Below the pieces are notes generated by a model. It worked only from the letters and a program-made list of their open reading frames with translations, made no database searches and was not told where the DNA came from. This document shows, piece by piece, positions 1 to 8,861 of a stretch of DNA of 64,000 bases (the stretch's first letter is position 1; each line of letters begins with the position of its first letter). The translations under genes were made by a program, and so were the position numbers. The stretch comes from Acidimicrobiia bacterium (lineage in GTDB: Bacteria; Actinomycetota; Acidimicrobiia; Spongiisociales; ZC4RG35). Location of the stretch: contig JBBDML010000022.1 of the NCBI GenBank assembly GCA_040878345.1, positions 21,130 through 85,129 of the forward strand, written 5' to 3'.

Positions 1-814
1 CGGGGACCACCAGGTCGCCATCCCTTCGCGCCGAGCCATCCAGCTCCATCCTGGCCAGCTTGACGAGGGCCTCGGAGATGGTGACACCCCACAGGGCTGG
101 GAGTTGGTCGACTGTCACCCCGCCGGAAGGCAATGAGCTCGACTCACCCCCGTCGATCGGCCGCGCCGGCCCCAACACCAGCTCCAACTCCTCGATCATG
201 TCGCGGGGGCCGAGCACCGGGTGGGCACCATCTTTGATGAGGCGGTTGCAGCCCACCGATGCCGGCCGGTCGACGTCACCCGGTACCACGAACACCGGTC
301 GGCCGATCTCGGCGGCGAGCCGGGCGGTTATCAGCGCGCCCCCGGTCTCGGCTGCCTCCACCACCACCACGGCCCCCGACATGGCCGCGATGAGCCGGTT
401 CCGCGCCGGGAATCGCCAGCGATCGGGGGGTGTCCCCGGCGGATACTCGGACACGATGGCCCCTCCACTGGCGATGATCCGGTCGTACAACAGGCGGTTC
501 TCGGCGGGATAGCAGACGTCCGCCCCCGACCCGAGAACCGCGACCGCCATGCCACCCGCAACTAGGCAGCCCCGGTGCGACGCGGCGTCGATCCCTCGGG
601 CCAGCCCGCTCACTGTCACCCAACCGGCCCTGGCGAGGACGACACCAAACGACTCGGCCAGACCAAGGCCGTAAGCGGTGCACCGTCTGGTTCCAACCAC
701 CGCCACCGACGGCCCTGGTGGGAAGTCTCCGATGACATGGATCGGGGGCGACTCCTCCAGGTCGCACAAGCCCTGCGGGTAGCCAGGATCGCCCGGAGAA
801 AGGGTCTCGATCAC
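1..814 (-). CDS. dprA: DNA processing protein DprA/Smf (C-terminal end cut by the window edge)
   Basis: Open minus-strand frame, absent from the ORF track because it has no stop inside the window. It translates VIETLSPGDPGYPQGL..VAVVGTRRCTAYGL..SGLARGIDAASHRG..RWRFPARNRLIAAMSGAVVVVEA, the DprA core. The GTG at 814-812 overlaps the comM stop (GTGA). Its position after comM fits the yraN-comM-dprA synteny. Confidence 0.8.
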   Translation of the reverse strand, partial: MIETLSPGDPGYPQGLCDLEESPPIHVIGDFPPGPSVAVVGTRRCTAYGLGLAESFGVVLARAGWVTVSGLARGIDAASHRGCLVAGGMAVAVLGSGADVCYPAENRLLYDRIIASGGAIVSEYPPGTPPDRWRFPARNRLIAAMSGAVVVVEAAETGGALITARLAAEIGRPVFVVPGDVDRPASVGCNRLIKDGAHPVLGPRDMIEELELVLGPARPIDGGESSSLPSGGVTVDQLPALWGVTISEALVKLARMELDGSARRDGDLVVP

Positions 815-2244
815 CAGTCGACCCTGAGTGCCATCGCCTCGGCCACGTGCTCCTCGGTGATCCGATCCGAGACGGCGAGGTTGGCGATGGTCCGGGCGAG
901 GCTCCGGAGCCGGGTGGCTCCCCGGGCGGTGACCAGGCCCGCCTCCAACGCCGCGACGATCATCCGGAGCGCCGTGGGGTCGACCACCCCCTCGACCTGG
1001 GAGCCGAACCCGAGCGCTTCGACCACTCGGGCCCGCACCCTTGCCGATGGCTCCCCGGTGAATGCGTCGAGGGTCATGGTCTCGACCCGGCCCACCTTGA
1101 CCACCAGGTCGATCCGGTCCAAGAGCGGGCCCGACAGACGCTGGCGATATCGCGCCACCTGGGAGGGTCGACACTCGCATGGCTTACGGCTGTCGCCCTG
1201 AAACCCACAGGGACACGGGTTGGTCGCGGCCACCAAGTGGAACATCGACGGGAACCGGAGGGTCATGCCCTTGCGGGCCACCGTGACGAATCCGTCCTCG
1301 AGGGGTTGACGGAGGGTGTCCAGGTTGCCACCCGGAAACTCGGCCAACTCATCGAGGAACAACACGCCACGATGGGCCAGCGACACCTCTCCCGGGACGG
1401 GAATACCCGATCCGCCACCCACCAGGGCTGCTCTCGAGGCGGTGTGATGTGGCGACCGGAATGGTCGTTCCCTCACCAGGTCTCGTCGCAGACCGGCGGC
1501 ACTATGGATCAAGGCAACCTCGACCGCCTCGTCCCCTGACAACGGGGGGAGAATTCCGGGAAGCCTCCTCGCCAGCATGGTCTTGCCACCACCGGGTGGC
1601 CCATGGAGCAGGAGATGGTGTCCCCCGGCTGCGGCGATCTCCAGGGCCCTCCTCGCCACCGGCTGTCCCTGCACGTCGGCCAGATCCGGGACCGGTGGTG
1701 TCATCGGATCAGCGTCGGCGGTCACTGCGGACCGCCTCGCGGTCCCCTCGCTGAGCAGTGACACCGCTTCGGCGAGGCTCGCTACCCCATAGACCGTCGA
1801 GCCGGGCACCACCGCCGCCCTGGAGGCCACCTCGCTGGCAACCAGACAGGGAATCTTGGTGCGGGCGGAGAGGACCGCCGCCCCCAGACTGGCCAACCCG
1901 GCTCGTACCGACCCGTCAAGGGCCAGCTCCCCAACCGCCACCGCCCGGGTAAGACCCGGCACCTCACCCGAGGCGGCCAGCACGCCGAGGGCGATGGGGA
2001 GATCGAAGTCGGTGCCGGCCTTGGGAAGATCGGCCGGCGCCAGGTTCACCGTGACCGTGCGATTGGGGAACCTGATCCCACTTGATGCGATGGCGGCCCG
2101 GACCCGGTCCTTGGCCTCGCGCACTGCGGTGTCGGGGAGCCCGCTCAGCTTGAAGGCCTCGGTCTGACGGCCCACATGGACCTGGACTTCGACCGCCCGA
2201 GCCTCTCCCCCAACCAGTGCCACCGAAATGGTGGCGGCATACAT
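811..2244 (-). CDS. comM: Mg-chelatase-like AAA+ protein YifB/ComM
   Basis: 477 aa. Lon-like N domain, Walker A HGPPGGGKTMLARRLPGILPPL, Cys cluster CPCGF..CEC, and C-terminal RGATRLRSLARTIANL typical of ComM/YifB. Confidence 0.9.
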   Translation of the reverse strand: MYAATISVALVGGEARAVEVQVHVGRQTEAFKLSGLPDTAVREAKDRVRAAIASSGIRFPNRTVTVNLAPADLPKAGTDFDLPIALGVLAASGEVPGLTRAVAVGELALDGSVRAGLASLGAAVLSARTKIPCLVASEVASRAAVVPGSTVYGVASLAEAVSLLSEGTARRSAVTADADPMTPPVPDLADVQGQPVARRALEIAAAGGHHLLLHGPPGGGKTMLARRLPGILPPLSGDEAVEVALIHSAAGLRRDLVRERPFRSPHHTASRAALVGGGSGIPVPGEVSLAHRGVLFLDELAEFPGGNLDTLRQPLEDGFVTVARKGMTLRFPSMFHLVAATNPCPCGFQGDSRKPCECRPSQVARYRQRLSGPLLDRIDLVVKVGRVETMTLDAFTGEPSARVRARVVEALGFGSQVEGVVDPTALRMIVAALEAGLVTARGATRLRSLARTIANLAVSDRITEEHVAEAMALRVDW

Positions 2245-2246
2245 GC
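2223..2246. repeat. 24-nt direct repeat, copy 1 (contains the comM start codon)
   Basis: ccgaaatggtggcggcatacatgc. Identical at 23/24 positions to 3276-3299. Confidence 0.85.
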
Positions 2247-2432
2247 TTTGGAAGGTACGGAGGCGGCGGGAAGGAATCCAGGGGTGTGACTGCCACGGCC
2301 GGGCTCAGCTTCCGCGAATCTGTGCTGGTTTCTGGGAGACAGACCCTCTCACTGGTGCCCGCCTGCAGCACTTGGTCTTGACTTGGAAGCTATGTGCGTT
2401 TGTAGGACCGGGGTCGGTGAGACCTCTCCGCT

Positions 2433-3131
2433 CTAGGTTGCTGGCATCGCCGCCGACTTCTGCCACATCAGGAACCCCGTGTAGATGATCCACAATGTGA
2501 ACAGGATCGATGCGATCGGGAATAGCACGAATGCCGAGAGCATCGATGGTCCGGCAAACCACTGCAGCACCCCGGCGACGACGCCTAGGACCCCGGCTAA
2601 CCCCGCCACCCAGCCGAGCCAAGTCGGATAATCGTCGCTGGAGAGAATTGTCGCTGCGTAGAGCAGCGGCAGTGCTCCGAAGGAGATCACGATGAACCCG
2701 GTGAAGAGGGCAAAACTCAGCGAGATCATCGCTGAACCAACTGCAAAGGCGGTGTCTTTGGCCGCCCCAGAAGCACTCGACCAAGTCTCGGCTGCGTCAG
2801 CCACGGCGATCCCGTCAACAAACAGCACCACCAGCCCGATCGCCGTTGAGGCAACTGCCGCGCCCCAGGCGAGCCGAGCCCATTGCCGGCCACTCTCACT
2901 GGTGATGGAACGGCTGACACCGTACAGAGCAGCTAGCAGCAGCGCGAGCGCAACCGCGATAGCGAAATGGTCCCCGACCCAGATGTCTGACCCGGCGACC
3001 TCAGCCAACAACCCCTCCGTGCTGTCGAGAATGTCGGCGTCACGCGGGTGCAGGATGTTGGCCACCAGACCGATGACACCTCCGACGATGGCTGCTACCG
3101 CACCTATGCGGAGCGTCACCCGCTCACCCAT
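2433..3131 (-). CDS. Polytopic membrane protein, function unknown (possibly DUF4386-like)
   Basis: 232 aa with about 6 hydrophobic helices (AVAAIVGGVIGLVANILHP, FAIAVALALLLAALYGV, FIVISFGALPLLYAATIL, FVLFPIASILFTLWIIYTGFLMW). No catalytic motif recognised. Confidence 0.6.
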   Translation of the reverse strand: MGERVTLRIGAVAAIVGGVIGLVANILHPRDADILDSTEGLLAEVAGSDIWVGDHFAIAVALALLLAALYGVSRSITSESGRQWARLAWGAAVASTAIGLVVLFVDGIAVADAAETWSSASGAAKDTAFAVGSAMISLSFALFTGFIVISFGALPLLYAATILSSDDYPTWLGWVAGLAGVLGVVAGVLQWFAGPSMLSAFVLFPIASILFTLWIIYTGFLMWQKSAAMPAT

Positions 3132-3275
3132 GATTACCTCCCTCTATCGGCGCGCCCACATGCGCTCCCTAACTGGCCATGTCTCCAGCCGAAGGCTAGC
3201 AACCGGGCCGAGAGCGCGGGGCCGGCACATCTCGAGTGGTTTCTCGCCCGGATTGAGTCTCGAGGTTCGACGTGG

Positions 3276-3299
3276 CCGAAGTGGTGGCGGCATACATGC
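3276..3299. repeat. 24-nt direct repeat, copy 2 (pseudo comM start)
   Basis: ccgaagtggtggcggcatacatgc. On the minus strand it reads ATG TAT GCC GCC ACC ACT, mimicking the comM N-terminus MYAAT, but the frame then diverges and stops after about 33 codons. Confidence 0.85.
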
Positions 3300-3345
3300 C
3301 ACGAACATGTGACTCGGCGCCGCTCGCTACCAGGAGCTCGCGCCC

Positions 3346-4125
3346 TCAGCGGCCCTTCCATTCGGGTGATCGCTTCTCGAGGAAGGCCGCCACTCCCTCT
3401 TTGGCATCCTCGGTGCCGAGGGTGATGCTCTGGGACTGGCCCTCCCAGCTGATCGACTCGGCGAAGCTGGACTCGAAGGCAGCGTCGAGGGCCTGCTTGG
3501 CGAACATCTGGGCGATGGGGGCCCCCTCGAGGAAGCCGTGGGCGATCTCCACCGCCCTTTCCAGGAGCCTGGCGTGATCGACCATCTCCATGGCGATCCC
3601 GATCCGGACCGCCTCTTCAGCCTCGACGATCCGTCCCGAGAGGGCGAGTTCCTTGGCCCGCTGCAATCCAACAGCCCTGGGAAGCAGCCAGGTCCCGCCG
3701 AAGTCGAGGGTGAGGCCCCGTTTGACGAAGATCTCCGAGAACCGGGCGCGTTCCGTGGCCACCGTCACGTCACACCCCAGGGCCAGGTTCATTCCGGCGC
3801 CCACCGCCACCCCGTCGACGGCAGCGATCGTGGGCTTGCTGAGGCGGTGAAGGGCGCTGGCGGCGGCTTCCACCACCTTCATCCGGCGATGACGATCGGT
3901 GATCCCCTCGGATGTGGGGAAACGGTCCAGATCCAGGTCGGCGCCGGCACAGAACTCTCCTCCCGCACCGGTGACGATCAATACCCGCGCCTCCGACCTC
4001 TCGAAATCGGTGAATGCCTCCCTGAGACGTGGCCAGCCCTCGTAGGGGATGGCGTTCTTGCGCTCGGGTCGGTCGATGACGAGCAAACGGACCGCGTCGC
4101 GGTCCTCGACGTGGAGCCAGGTCAC
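3346..4125 (-). CDS. Enoyl-CoA hydratase/isomerase (crotonase family)
   Basis: 259 aa. Crotonase signatures LVIDRPERKNA, VLIVTGAGGEFCAGADL, PTIAAVDGVAVGAGMNLALGCD. Confidence 0.85.
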   Translation of the reverse strand: MTWLHVEDRDAVRLLVIDRPERKNAIPYEGWPRLREAFTDFERSEARVLIVTGAGGEFCAGADLDLDRFPTSEGITDRHRRMKVVEAAASALHRLSKPTIAAVDGVAVGAGMNLALGCDVTVATERARFSEIFVKRGLTLDFGGTWLLPRAVGLQRAKELALSGRIVEAEEAVRIGIAMEMVDHARLLERAVEIAHGFLEGAPIAQMFAKQALDAAFESSFAESISWEGQSQSITLGTEDAKEGVAAFLEKRSPEWKGR

Positions 4126-4168
4126 GAGGTGAATGTAGACACCCCGATGTGACGGTTACCGTCTCGGT

Positions 4169-4282
4169 GTGGGATTCAACCCCTTTCGCAAGCAGGAGAA
4201 GACCCGGACCGACGTGGTGATGATGGTGTTGGCGCTCCTGGCGACCGTGGCCCTGATCGCGTGGGCAGTCTCACCGAGGTGA
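4169..4282 (+). CDS. Small single-pass membrane peptide (37 aa), hypothetical
   Basis: GTG start. VGFNPFRKQEKTRTDVVMMVLALLATVALIAWAVSPR has a charged N-terminus followed by one TM helix. Its TGA overlaps a GTG of the next ORF (GTGA at 4279-4282). Below the size cut-off of the ORF track. Confidence 0.35.
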   Translation: MGFNPFRKQEKTRTDVVMMVLALLATVALIAWAVSPR

Positions 4283-4461
4283 CAGTCACCCCCGTGCAGC
4301 CTTATCAGGCGCGCAAGGAGTACATATGCCCCGGGTGTGAGGGAACCATCCCGCCGGGGACGTTCCATTTGGTGGTGGTGCCGGATGAGTCCCCTGACCT
4401 CAGACGGCATTGGCACCACGGCTGTTGGCACAAGGACCTCAGAAGGCGATTCGGCAGGTAG
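4279..4461 (+). CDS. Small Cys/His-rich (zinc-ribbon-like) protein, hypothetical
   Basis: Track ORF 4261..4461. The likely start is the GTG at 4279, coupled to the upstream peptide. Contains CPGCEGT ... HWHHGCWH, i.e. CxxC plus HxxC-type ligands. Confidence 0.5.
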   Translation: MTVTPVQPYQARKEYICPGCEGTIPPGTFHLVVVPDESPDLRRHWHHGCWHKDLRRRFGR

Positions 4462-4464
4462 CGG

Positions 4465-5175
4465 CTAGGCGTCGCGACGACGAAGACCCCACCAGGTGAG
4501 CCCGAACGCCAGGACGGTCCACCCGACGAGGGTCACGGCTGCATGGGTCAGCGAGATCTCAGACCCGGGGAGGAACGCGCCGAAGAATCCGTCGAGGAAC
4601 TCTCCGAAGAGGGCGGTGGTGGCGGCGGTCACCGAGACGTTGGCGTAGGGCGGCCAGAGGGCGAGGATCCCCTCGAGGAAGGAAAAGGCGAGCGCGGCGC
4701 CGATGGCCGGCCCCACCGAGCGGAGCAGGGCAACCGCCGCCAGCCCGAGGGAAGACCACACCAAGGCCACCAGGCCGACCCGCCAGCCCAGACCCAGCCA
4801 CTCGGTGGCGCCGGGGCCCCCCTCGCCCGGAGCAGCGAAGAGGGTGAATCCAGCCCATAGCATCACGCCGAGGGCGAAAGCCAACCACGAGGCCAGCGTG
4901 AGCATGGTGATCCTCGCTCCCACATGACGGAGCACCGACGATTCCCTGGTGAGGGAGGTGGCCCACACCGTCGATCCCAGCTCTCCACCCAGGATCACCA
5001 CCGCCAAGATCAGGGGGAACCAGGTCTGACCGGCCACCTGCTGGGCGCCGATGGTGTAGGCGTCAGGCTTGGCCAGCACCGGGACCTCCTCCGCCAGGTC
5101 CGGGGCGATCTGGCCGAAGATCAAAAGGAAGAAGGCGGTGAGCCCCACGAGGAGGAACAGGATCAACAGAAGCAC
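4465..5175 (-). CDS. ABC-2-type transporter permease
   Basis: 236 aa with about 6 TM helices, immediately downstream of an ABC ATPase on the same strand. Confidence 0.65.
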   Translation of the reverse strand: MLLLILFLLVGLTAFFLLIFGQIAPDLAEEVPVLAKPDAYTIGAQQVAGQTWFPLILAVVILGGELGSTVWATSLTRESSVLRHVGARITMLTLASWLAFALGVMLWAGFTLFAAPGEGGPGATEWLGLGWRVGLVALVWSSLGLAAVALLRSVGPAIGAALAFSFLEGILALWPPYANVSVTAATTALFGEFLDGFFGAFLPGSEISLTHAAVTLVGWTVLAFGLTWWGLRRRDA

Positions 5176-5225
5176 CGGATAGAGCTTGCGCCGGCTCAGC
5201 TTGAGGTACTCGGCGTGAACCAGGC

Positions 5226-6125
5226 TCAGAGACCGCTCCCCTCTCCGGTCATGCCCAGGAACACGCTCTCCAACGAGCTCCGCTCGGGTCTCACCTCGCT
5301 CGGGAAGATCCCGGCCGCGGCCAGGGCCCTCACCACCGCCGACCCGTCCTGACTCTCGACCACCACTCCCCGGTCGTCGCTCCTGCCCTCGAGGCCGGCG
5401 GCAGCGAGCACGGCAACCGCGGCTCCGGGGTCGGGTACCAATACCCGTATCCCCCCGGCGTCGAGCATCGACTCCAGTGACCCCTGGGTGACCAGCCTTC
5501 CGTGGTTTATCACCACCACGTAGTCGGCCAGCGCCTCGATGTCGGCGAGGTCGTGACTGGAGACGACGACTGTCCTCCCCTCGGCGGCGACAGCACGCAG
5601 CCTGGCCTTGAATACGTGTTGGCCGGCAGGGTCGAGCCCGTCGAGGGGCTCGTCGAGGATCAAGAGCTCGGGGTCGCCCAACATGGAAGCGGCGAGGGCG
5701 AGACGCTGACGCATCCCCTTCGAGTACTCATCGACACGGCGCCTGGCGTCGGCGGTGAGCCCGACGAACTCCATCAACTCCGAGATCCGGCCATGGCCGA
5801 ACCCGAGTGTGTCCGCCGCCACCTCCAGGTTGACCGTCCCGGAGAGGGCCTTGATCAGCCCCGGCTCCTCGACGATCACCCCCACCTTCTTGGTGATCTC
5901 GGCCAACCGGTGGGGGCTCCTCATCCCGAGGATCTCGATCTCACCCGCCTGGGGACGGGTCAACCCGAGAATCGAGCGGAAAGTGGTGGTCTTGCCGGAG
6001 CCGTTGGGACCGAGGAACCCGGTGACCTGACCGGCGGGGATCTCGAAGTCGAGCCCGCGCAGGGCCTCGGTCTTCTTGTAGGTCTTGTGGAGGCCGGTGA
6101 CCGCGATTGCTGATGCCTGCGTCAT
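5226..6125 (-). CDS. ABC transporter ATP-binding protein
   Basis: 299 aa. Walker A GPNGSGKTT, signature YSKGMRQRL, Walker B LLILDEPLDGLD, H-loop SSHDL. Confidence 0.9.
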   Translation of the reverse strand: MTQASAIAVTGLHKTYKKTEALRGLDFEIPAGQVTGFLGPNGSGKTTTFRSILGLTRPQAGEIEILGMRSPHRLAEITKKVGVIVEEPGLIKALSGTVNLEVAADTLGFGHGRISELMEFVGLTADARRRVDEYSKGMRQRLALAASMLGDPELLILDEPLDGLDPAGQHVFKARLRAVAAEGRTVVVSSHDLADIEALADYVVVINHGRLVTQGSLESMLDAGGIRVLVPDPGAAVAVLAAAGLEGRSDDRGVVVESQDGSAVVRALAAAGIFPSEVRPERSSLESVFLGMTGEGSGL

Positions 6126-6161
6126 GCTCTAAAACAACGGGATCGTCTCAAAGGAGACGGG

Positions 6162-6488
6162 TCAAGACGCCGCCGGGACCCAATGGACGTCGAAACCCGA
6201 CCGGTGGATGCGGATCCCGAGGACATCGACCCTGGTGGCGGCGATCTGTCTTGCCAGCGCCTTGACCCGGGCCCGTTTTGCGGGATCCGCAGCGTCGACC
6301 GGGTCGGGGCCCCCGAGCCGGGTCCTCACCTCGACCGCCACCCGCTCGCTCCCGTCCACCGCCAGGAGATCGATCTCCCCTCCAGGGACGATCACGTTGG
6401 CGGCCACCACATCGAGACCCACCTCCTCCAGGTACCATCGCGCCAGGGCCTCACCGATGGTGCCGAGCTCACGACGCGAAACGCTCAG
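6162..6488 (-). CDS. yraN: YraN family (UPF0102) endonuclease-like protein; proposed CTG start
   Basis: The track ORF starts at GTG 6422, but the family-typical N-terminus (RRELGTIGEALARWYLEE) continues upstream in frame. No ATG/GTG/TTG occurs there; the only candidate is CTG 6488-6486, overlapping the DUF2469 stop (CTGA). GEIDLLAV core present. Confidence 0.6.
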   Translation of the reverse strand: MSVSRRELGTIGEALARWYLEEVGLDVVAANVIVPGGEIDLLAVDGSERVAVEVRTRLGGPDPVDAADPAKRARVKALARQIAATRVDVLGIRIHRSGFDVHWVPAAS

Positions 6489-6823
6489 ATCGAGAGCTCC
6501 GGCTTCTCGAGTTCCTCCACGTTGACGTCACGGAACGTGAGGACCTGCACTTGCTGGAGGAATCGGGCAGGGCGGAACATGTCCCACACCCAGGCATCCC
6601 TCATCTGGACCTCGAAGAACATCGACCCGTTCGATTCGCGGACGTCGATGTCGACCTGGTTGGCGAGATAGAAGCGACGCTCGGTCTCCACGACGTACTT
6701 GAACATCGGGAGGACGTCGTGGTACTCCTTATAGAGCTTCAGCTCCACCTCGGACTCGTAGCGCTCCAGGTCTTCTTCCATCTCTTCCTCGCTCCGGCCT
6801 TGGTCGACTCCCGGCCCGATCAT
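6485..6823 (-). CDS. DUF2469 family protein (Rv2901c-like)
   Basis: 112 aa. EDLERYESEVELKLYKEYHDV...RFYLANQVD resembles the conserved actinobacterial protein found between lepB/rnhB and yraN. Confidence 0.75.
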   Translation of the reverse strand: MIGPGVDQGRSEEEMEEDLERYESEVELKLYKEYHDVLPMFKYVVETERRFYLANQVDIDVRESNGSMFFEVQMRDAWVWDMFRPARFLQQVQVLTFRDVNVEELEKPELSI

Positions 6824-6868
6824 ATGACAGGCCCCGACATAACCAATAGGGATTCCAGGTGACAGTTT

Positions 6869-7513
6869 CTAGAGACCGCCGAAGTGCGAGGTCGGCCAGA
6901 TGACCAAGAAGGCTCGACCCACGATGTCGTCGATCGGCACCGCGCCAAAGCGACGAGAGTCGAAGCTGAACTCGCGATTGTCCCCCATGACGAACACCTG
7001 GGCGGCGCCGATCGTCACCGGGCCGAAGTCAGGCATCTGGGTTCCCTCGGGCAGATAGGGCTCCGCCAAAGGCACCCCGTCGATGTGAACCCGATTCTCC
7101 TCGATCGAGATGGTCTCGCCGGGCAGTGCGATCACCCGCTTGATCAGGTCCTCGGCGCCACGCGTCCTGACGCCGACGGCTTCCATGATCGAGCGGATGA
7201 CGGCCTCGGGAATCGACTCATCGGGCTCGGGACTGGCCGGGTCACGGAAGACGACCACATCGCCCCTGCCCGGGTCACCGAACCGCAGGGACAGCTTGTT
7301 GACCATCACCCGATCGTTGATCTCGAGAGTGGGCACCATCGACTCTGAGGGGATCCAGAACGGCTGGACCAGGAATGTCTTTATCACCACCGCGATCACC
7401 AGGGCGGTGAGCAGGAGCCCGGGCAACTCGGCCCAGAAAGAGCGACGCTTCCCCTCCGGGCTCCCCTCTTCCTGGTCCTTTTGGAGGTGGCGGCCTCGGC
7501 TCGACCGGTTCAG
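6869..7513 (-). CDS. lepB: Signal peptidase I; proposed CTG start
   Basis: Catalytic box [35 protein letters not shown]. The only canonical start (TTG 7426) falls inside the TM anchor. The typical charged N-region [14 protein letters not shown] lies upstream and is reachable only from CTG 7513-7511, which overlaps the rplS stop (CTGA). Confidence 0.8.
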   Translation of the reverse strand: MNRSSRGRHLQKDQEEGSPEGKRRSFWAELPGLLLTALVIAVVIKTFLVQPFWIPSESMVPTLEINDRVMVNKLSLRFGDPGRGDVVVFRDPASPEPDESIPEAVIRSIMEAVGVRTRGAEDLIKRVIALPGETISIEENRVHIDGVPLAEPYLPEGTQMPDFGPVTIGAAQVFVMGDNREFSFDSRRFGAVPIDDIVGRAFLVIWPTSHFGGL

Positions 7514-7854
7514 TCGCGGAGCTCCTTGATGCGCGCCGACTTCCCCACCCGGTCGCGCAGGTAGTAGAGCTTGGAGCGACGGACGTCGCCTCGTCTGACG
7601 ATCTCGATCTTCTGGATGATCGGGGCGTGAACCGGGAAGACCCTCTCGACACCGACCCCGAAGCTGAGCTTGCGGACGGTGAAGGAGGCTCGGGGCCCGT
7701 CGCCGTTGCGGGCGATCACGATGCCTTCGAAGACTTGGACGCGCTCCCGACCCCCCTCGACCACCCTGACGTGGACCTTGACGGTGTCGCCGGAGCGAAA
7801 ATCGGGCAAGTCGTCGCGGACATGCGCGCTCTCTACGGCTTGAAGATCGTTCAT
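7510..7854 (-). CDS. rplS: 50S ribosomal protein L19
   Basis: 114 aa. [48 protein letters not shown]. Confidence 0.95.
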   Translation of the reverse strand: MNDLQAVESAHVRDDLPDFRSGDTVKVHVRVVEGGRERVQVFEGIVIARNGDGPRASFTVRKLSFGVGVERVFPVHAPIIQKIEIVRRGDVRRSKLYYLRDRVGKSARIKELRD

Positions 7855-7909
7855 GGAAGGCTCCTAGAGATCCGGGGCGGATGCCATGGCCCCGGGTCGG
7901 GCGATTGTA

Positions 7910-8593
7910 TCAGGTCTCCGATTCCTCGCCATCTCCCAGGAGATCGGGGCGACGCTCTCGGGTCCGCTTCGAACGCTGCTCAGCCCGCCAGGCCTCGATC
8001 CGCGCATGGTCCCCGCTGAGGAGGACCTCGGGGACGGCCCAGCCCTCGAACTCGGCGGGTCTGGTGTACACCGGCTCCTCGAGGAGACCCCCGCGGAAGG
8101 ACTCCTTCTCGGTCGACTCGGGGTTCCCCACCACCCCGGGTATGAGCCTGGCCATTCCCTCGATGGCGGCGGCAGCCGCGACCTCCCCCCCGGCAAGAAC
8201 GTAGTCGCCGAGGGACACCTCCTCATCGATCAGGTTGTCGATGACCCGCTGGTCGACACCCTCATACCGCCCGCAGACGAAGGTGATCTCAGGAGTGCCG
8301 GCCCACCGGTCGAGGGTGGCCTGGGTCAGCGGCCGGCCCGCCGGCGTGAACAGGACCCGATGAGTCGCCTCGAGAGGGACCAACGCCTTGGCCAGGGGCT
8401 CGACCATCATCACCATGCCCGGACCTCCGCCAAACGGGGAGTCGTCGAGCTGCCGATGCCTTCCCAGCCCGTGTTCCCGGAGGTCATGGATCGACACGGT
8501 CAAGGCCCCGTCCTCGATGGCCCGGGCCACGATGGAAACCCCAAGGGGCCCGTCGAACCACCCAGGGAACATTGTCAGGACATGGATCCTCAC
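7910..8593 (-). CDS. trmD: tRNA (guanine37-N1)-methyltransferase
   Basis: 227 aa. MRIHVLTMFPGWF, DDSPFGGGPGMVM, CGRYEGVDQRV, SLGDYVLAGGE. Confidence 0.95.
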   Translation of the reverse strand: MRIHVLTMFPGWFDGPLGVSIVARAIEDGALTVSIHDLREHGLGRHRQLDDSPFGGGPGMVMMVEPLAKALVPLEATHRVLFTPAGRPLTQATLDRWAGTPEITFVCGRYEGVDQRVIDNLIDEEVSLGDYVLAGGEVAAAAAIEGMARLIPGVVGNPESTEKESFRGGLLEEPVYTRPAEFEGWAVPEVLLSGDHARIEAWRAEQRSKRTRERRPDLLGDGEESET

Positions 8594-8607
8594 GAGGCCG
8601 TCGTTGG

Positions 8608-8787
8608 CTAGAGAGGTCTGATGAACACGATCCCGGTGGCCTTCAGAGCCTCGGCGACCCGGTCGTGTTGCTCCGGGTGGTGCTCGCGGGAATGCCTCAG
8701 CGCCCTGTCGGCCAGCCTGTCCCGGTGCTCGTCTCGATCTTCGTGGGTGCAGCCGGGGATGATGCGATCGCAGATGAACTCGAACAA
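8608..8787 (-). CDS. Small DUF1059-like protein (59 aa), hypothetical
   Basis: Not in the track (below 60 aa). TTG start 10 nt after an AAGGAG at 8803-8798. MFEFICDRIIPGCTHEDRDEHRDRLADRALRHSREHHPE resembles the DUF1059 pattern (xFxCxD..PGC...H..HH). Confidence 0.45.
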   Translation of the reverse strand: MFEFICDRIIPGCTHEDRDEHRDRLADRALRHSREHHPEQHDRVAEALKATGIVFIRPL

Positions 8788-8861
8788 CTCGTCAGGTCTC
8801 CTTGCGGACAGGTCGGATTATTACAGGTCGAGCGGGCAGCGACCCCATGGGCGGGAATCTT

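Noticed and set aside
2245-2432. TTGACT-containing stretch and weak hairpin (ggtc ggtga gacc) in the comM upstream gap as a possible promoter or terminator.
   Set aside because: No properly spaced -10 hexamer (TAnnnT) could be aligned. The hairpin has only 4 bp and no U tract.
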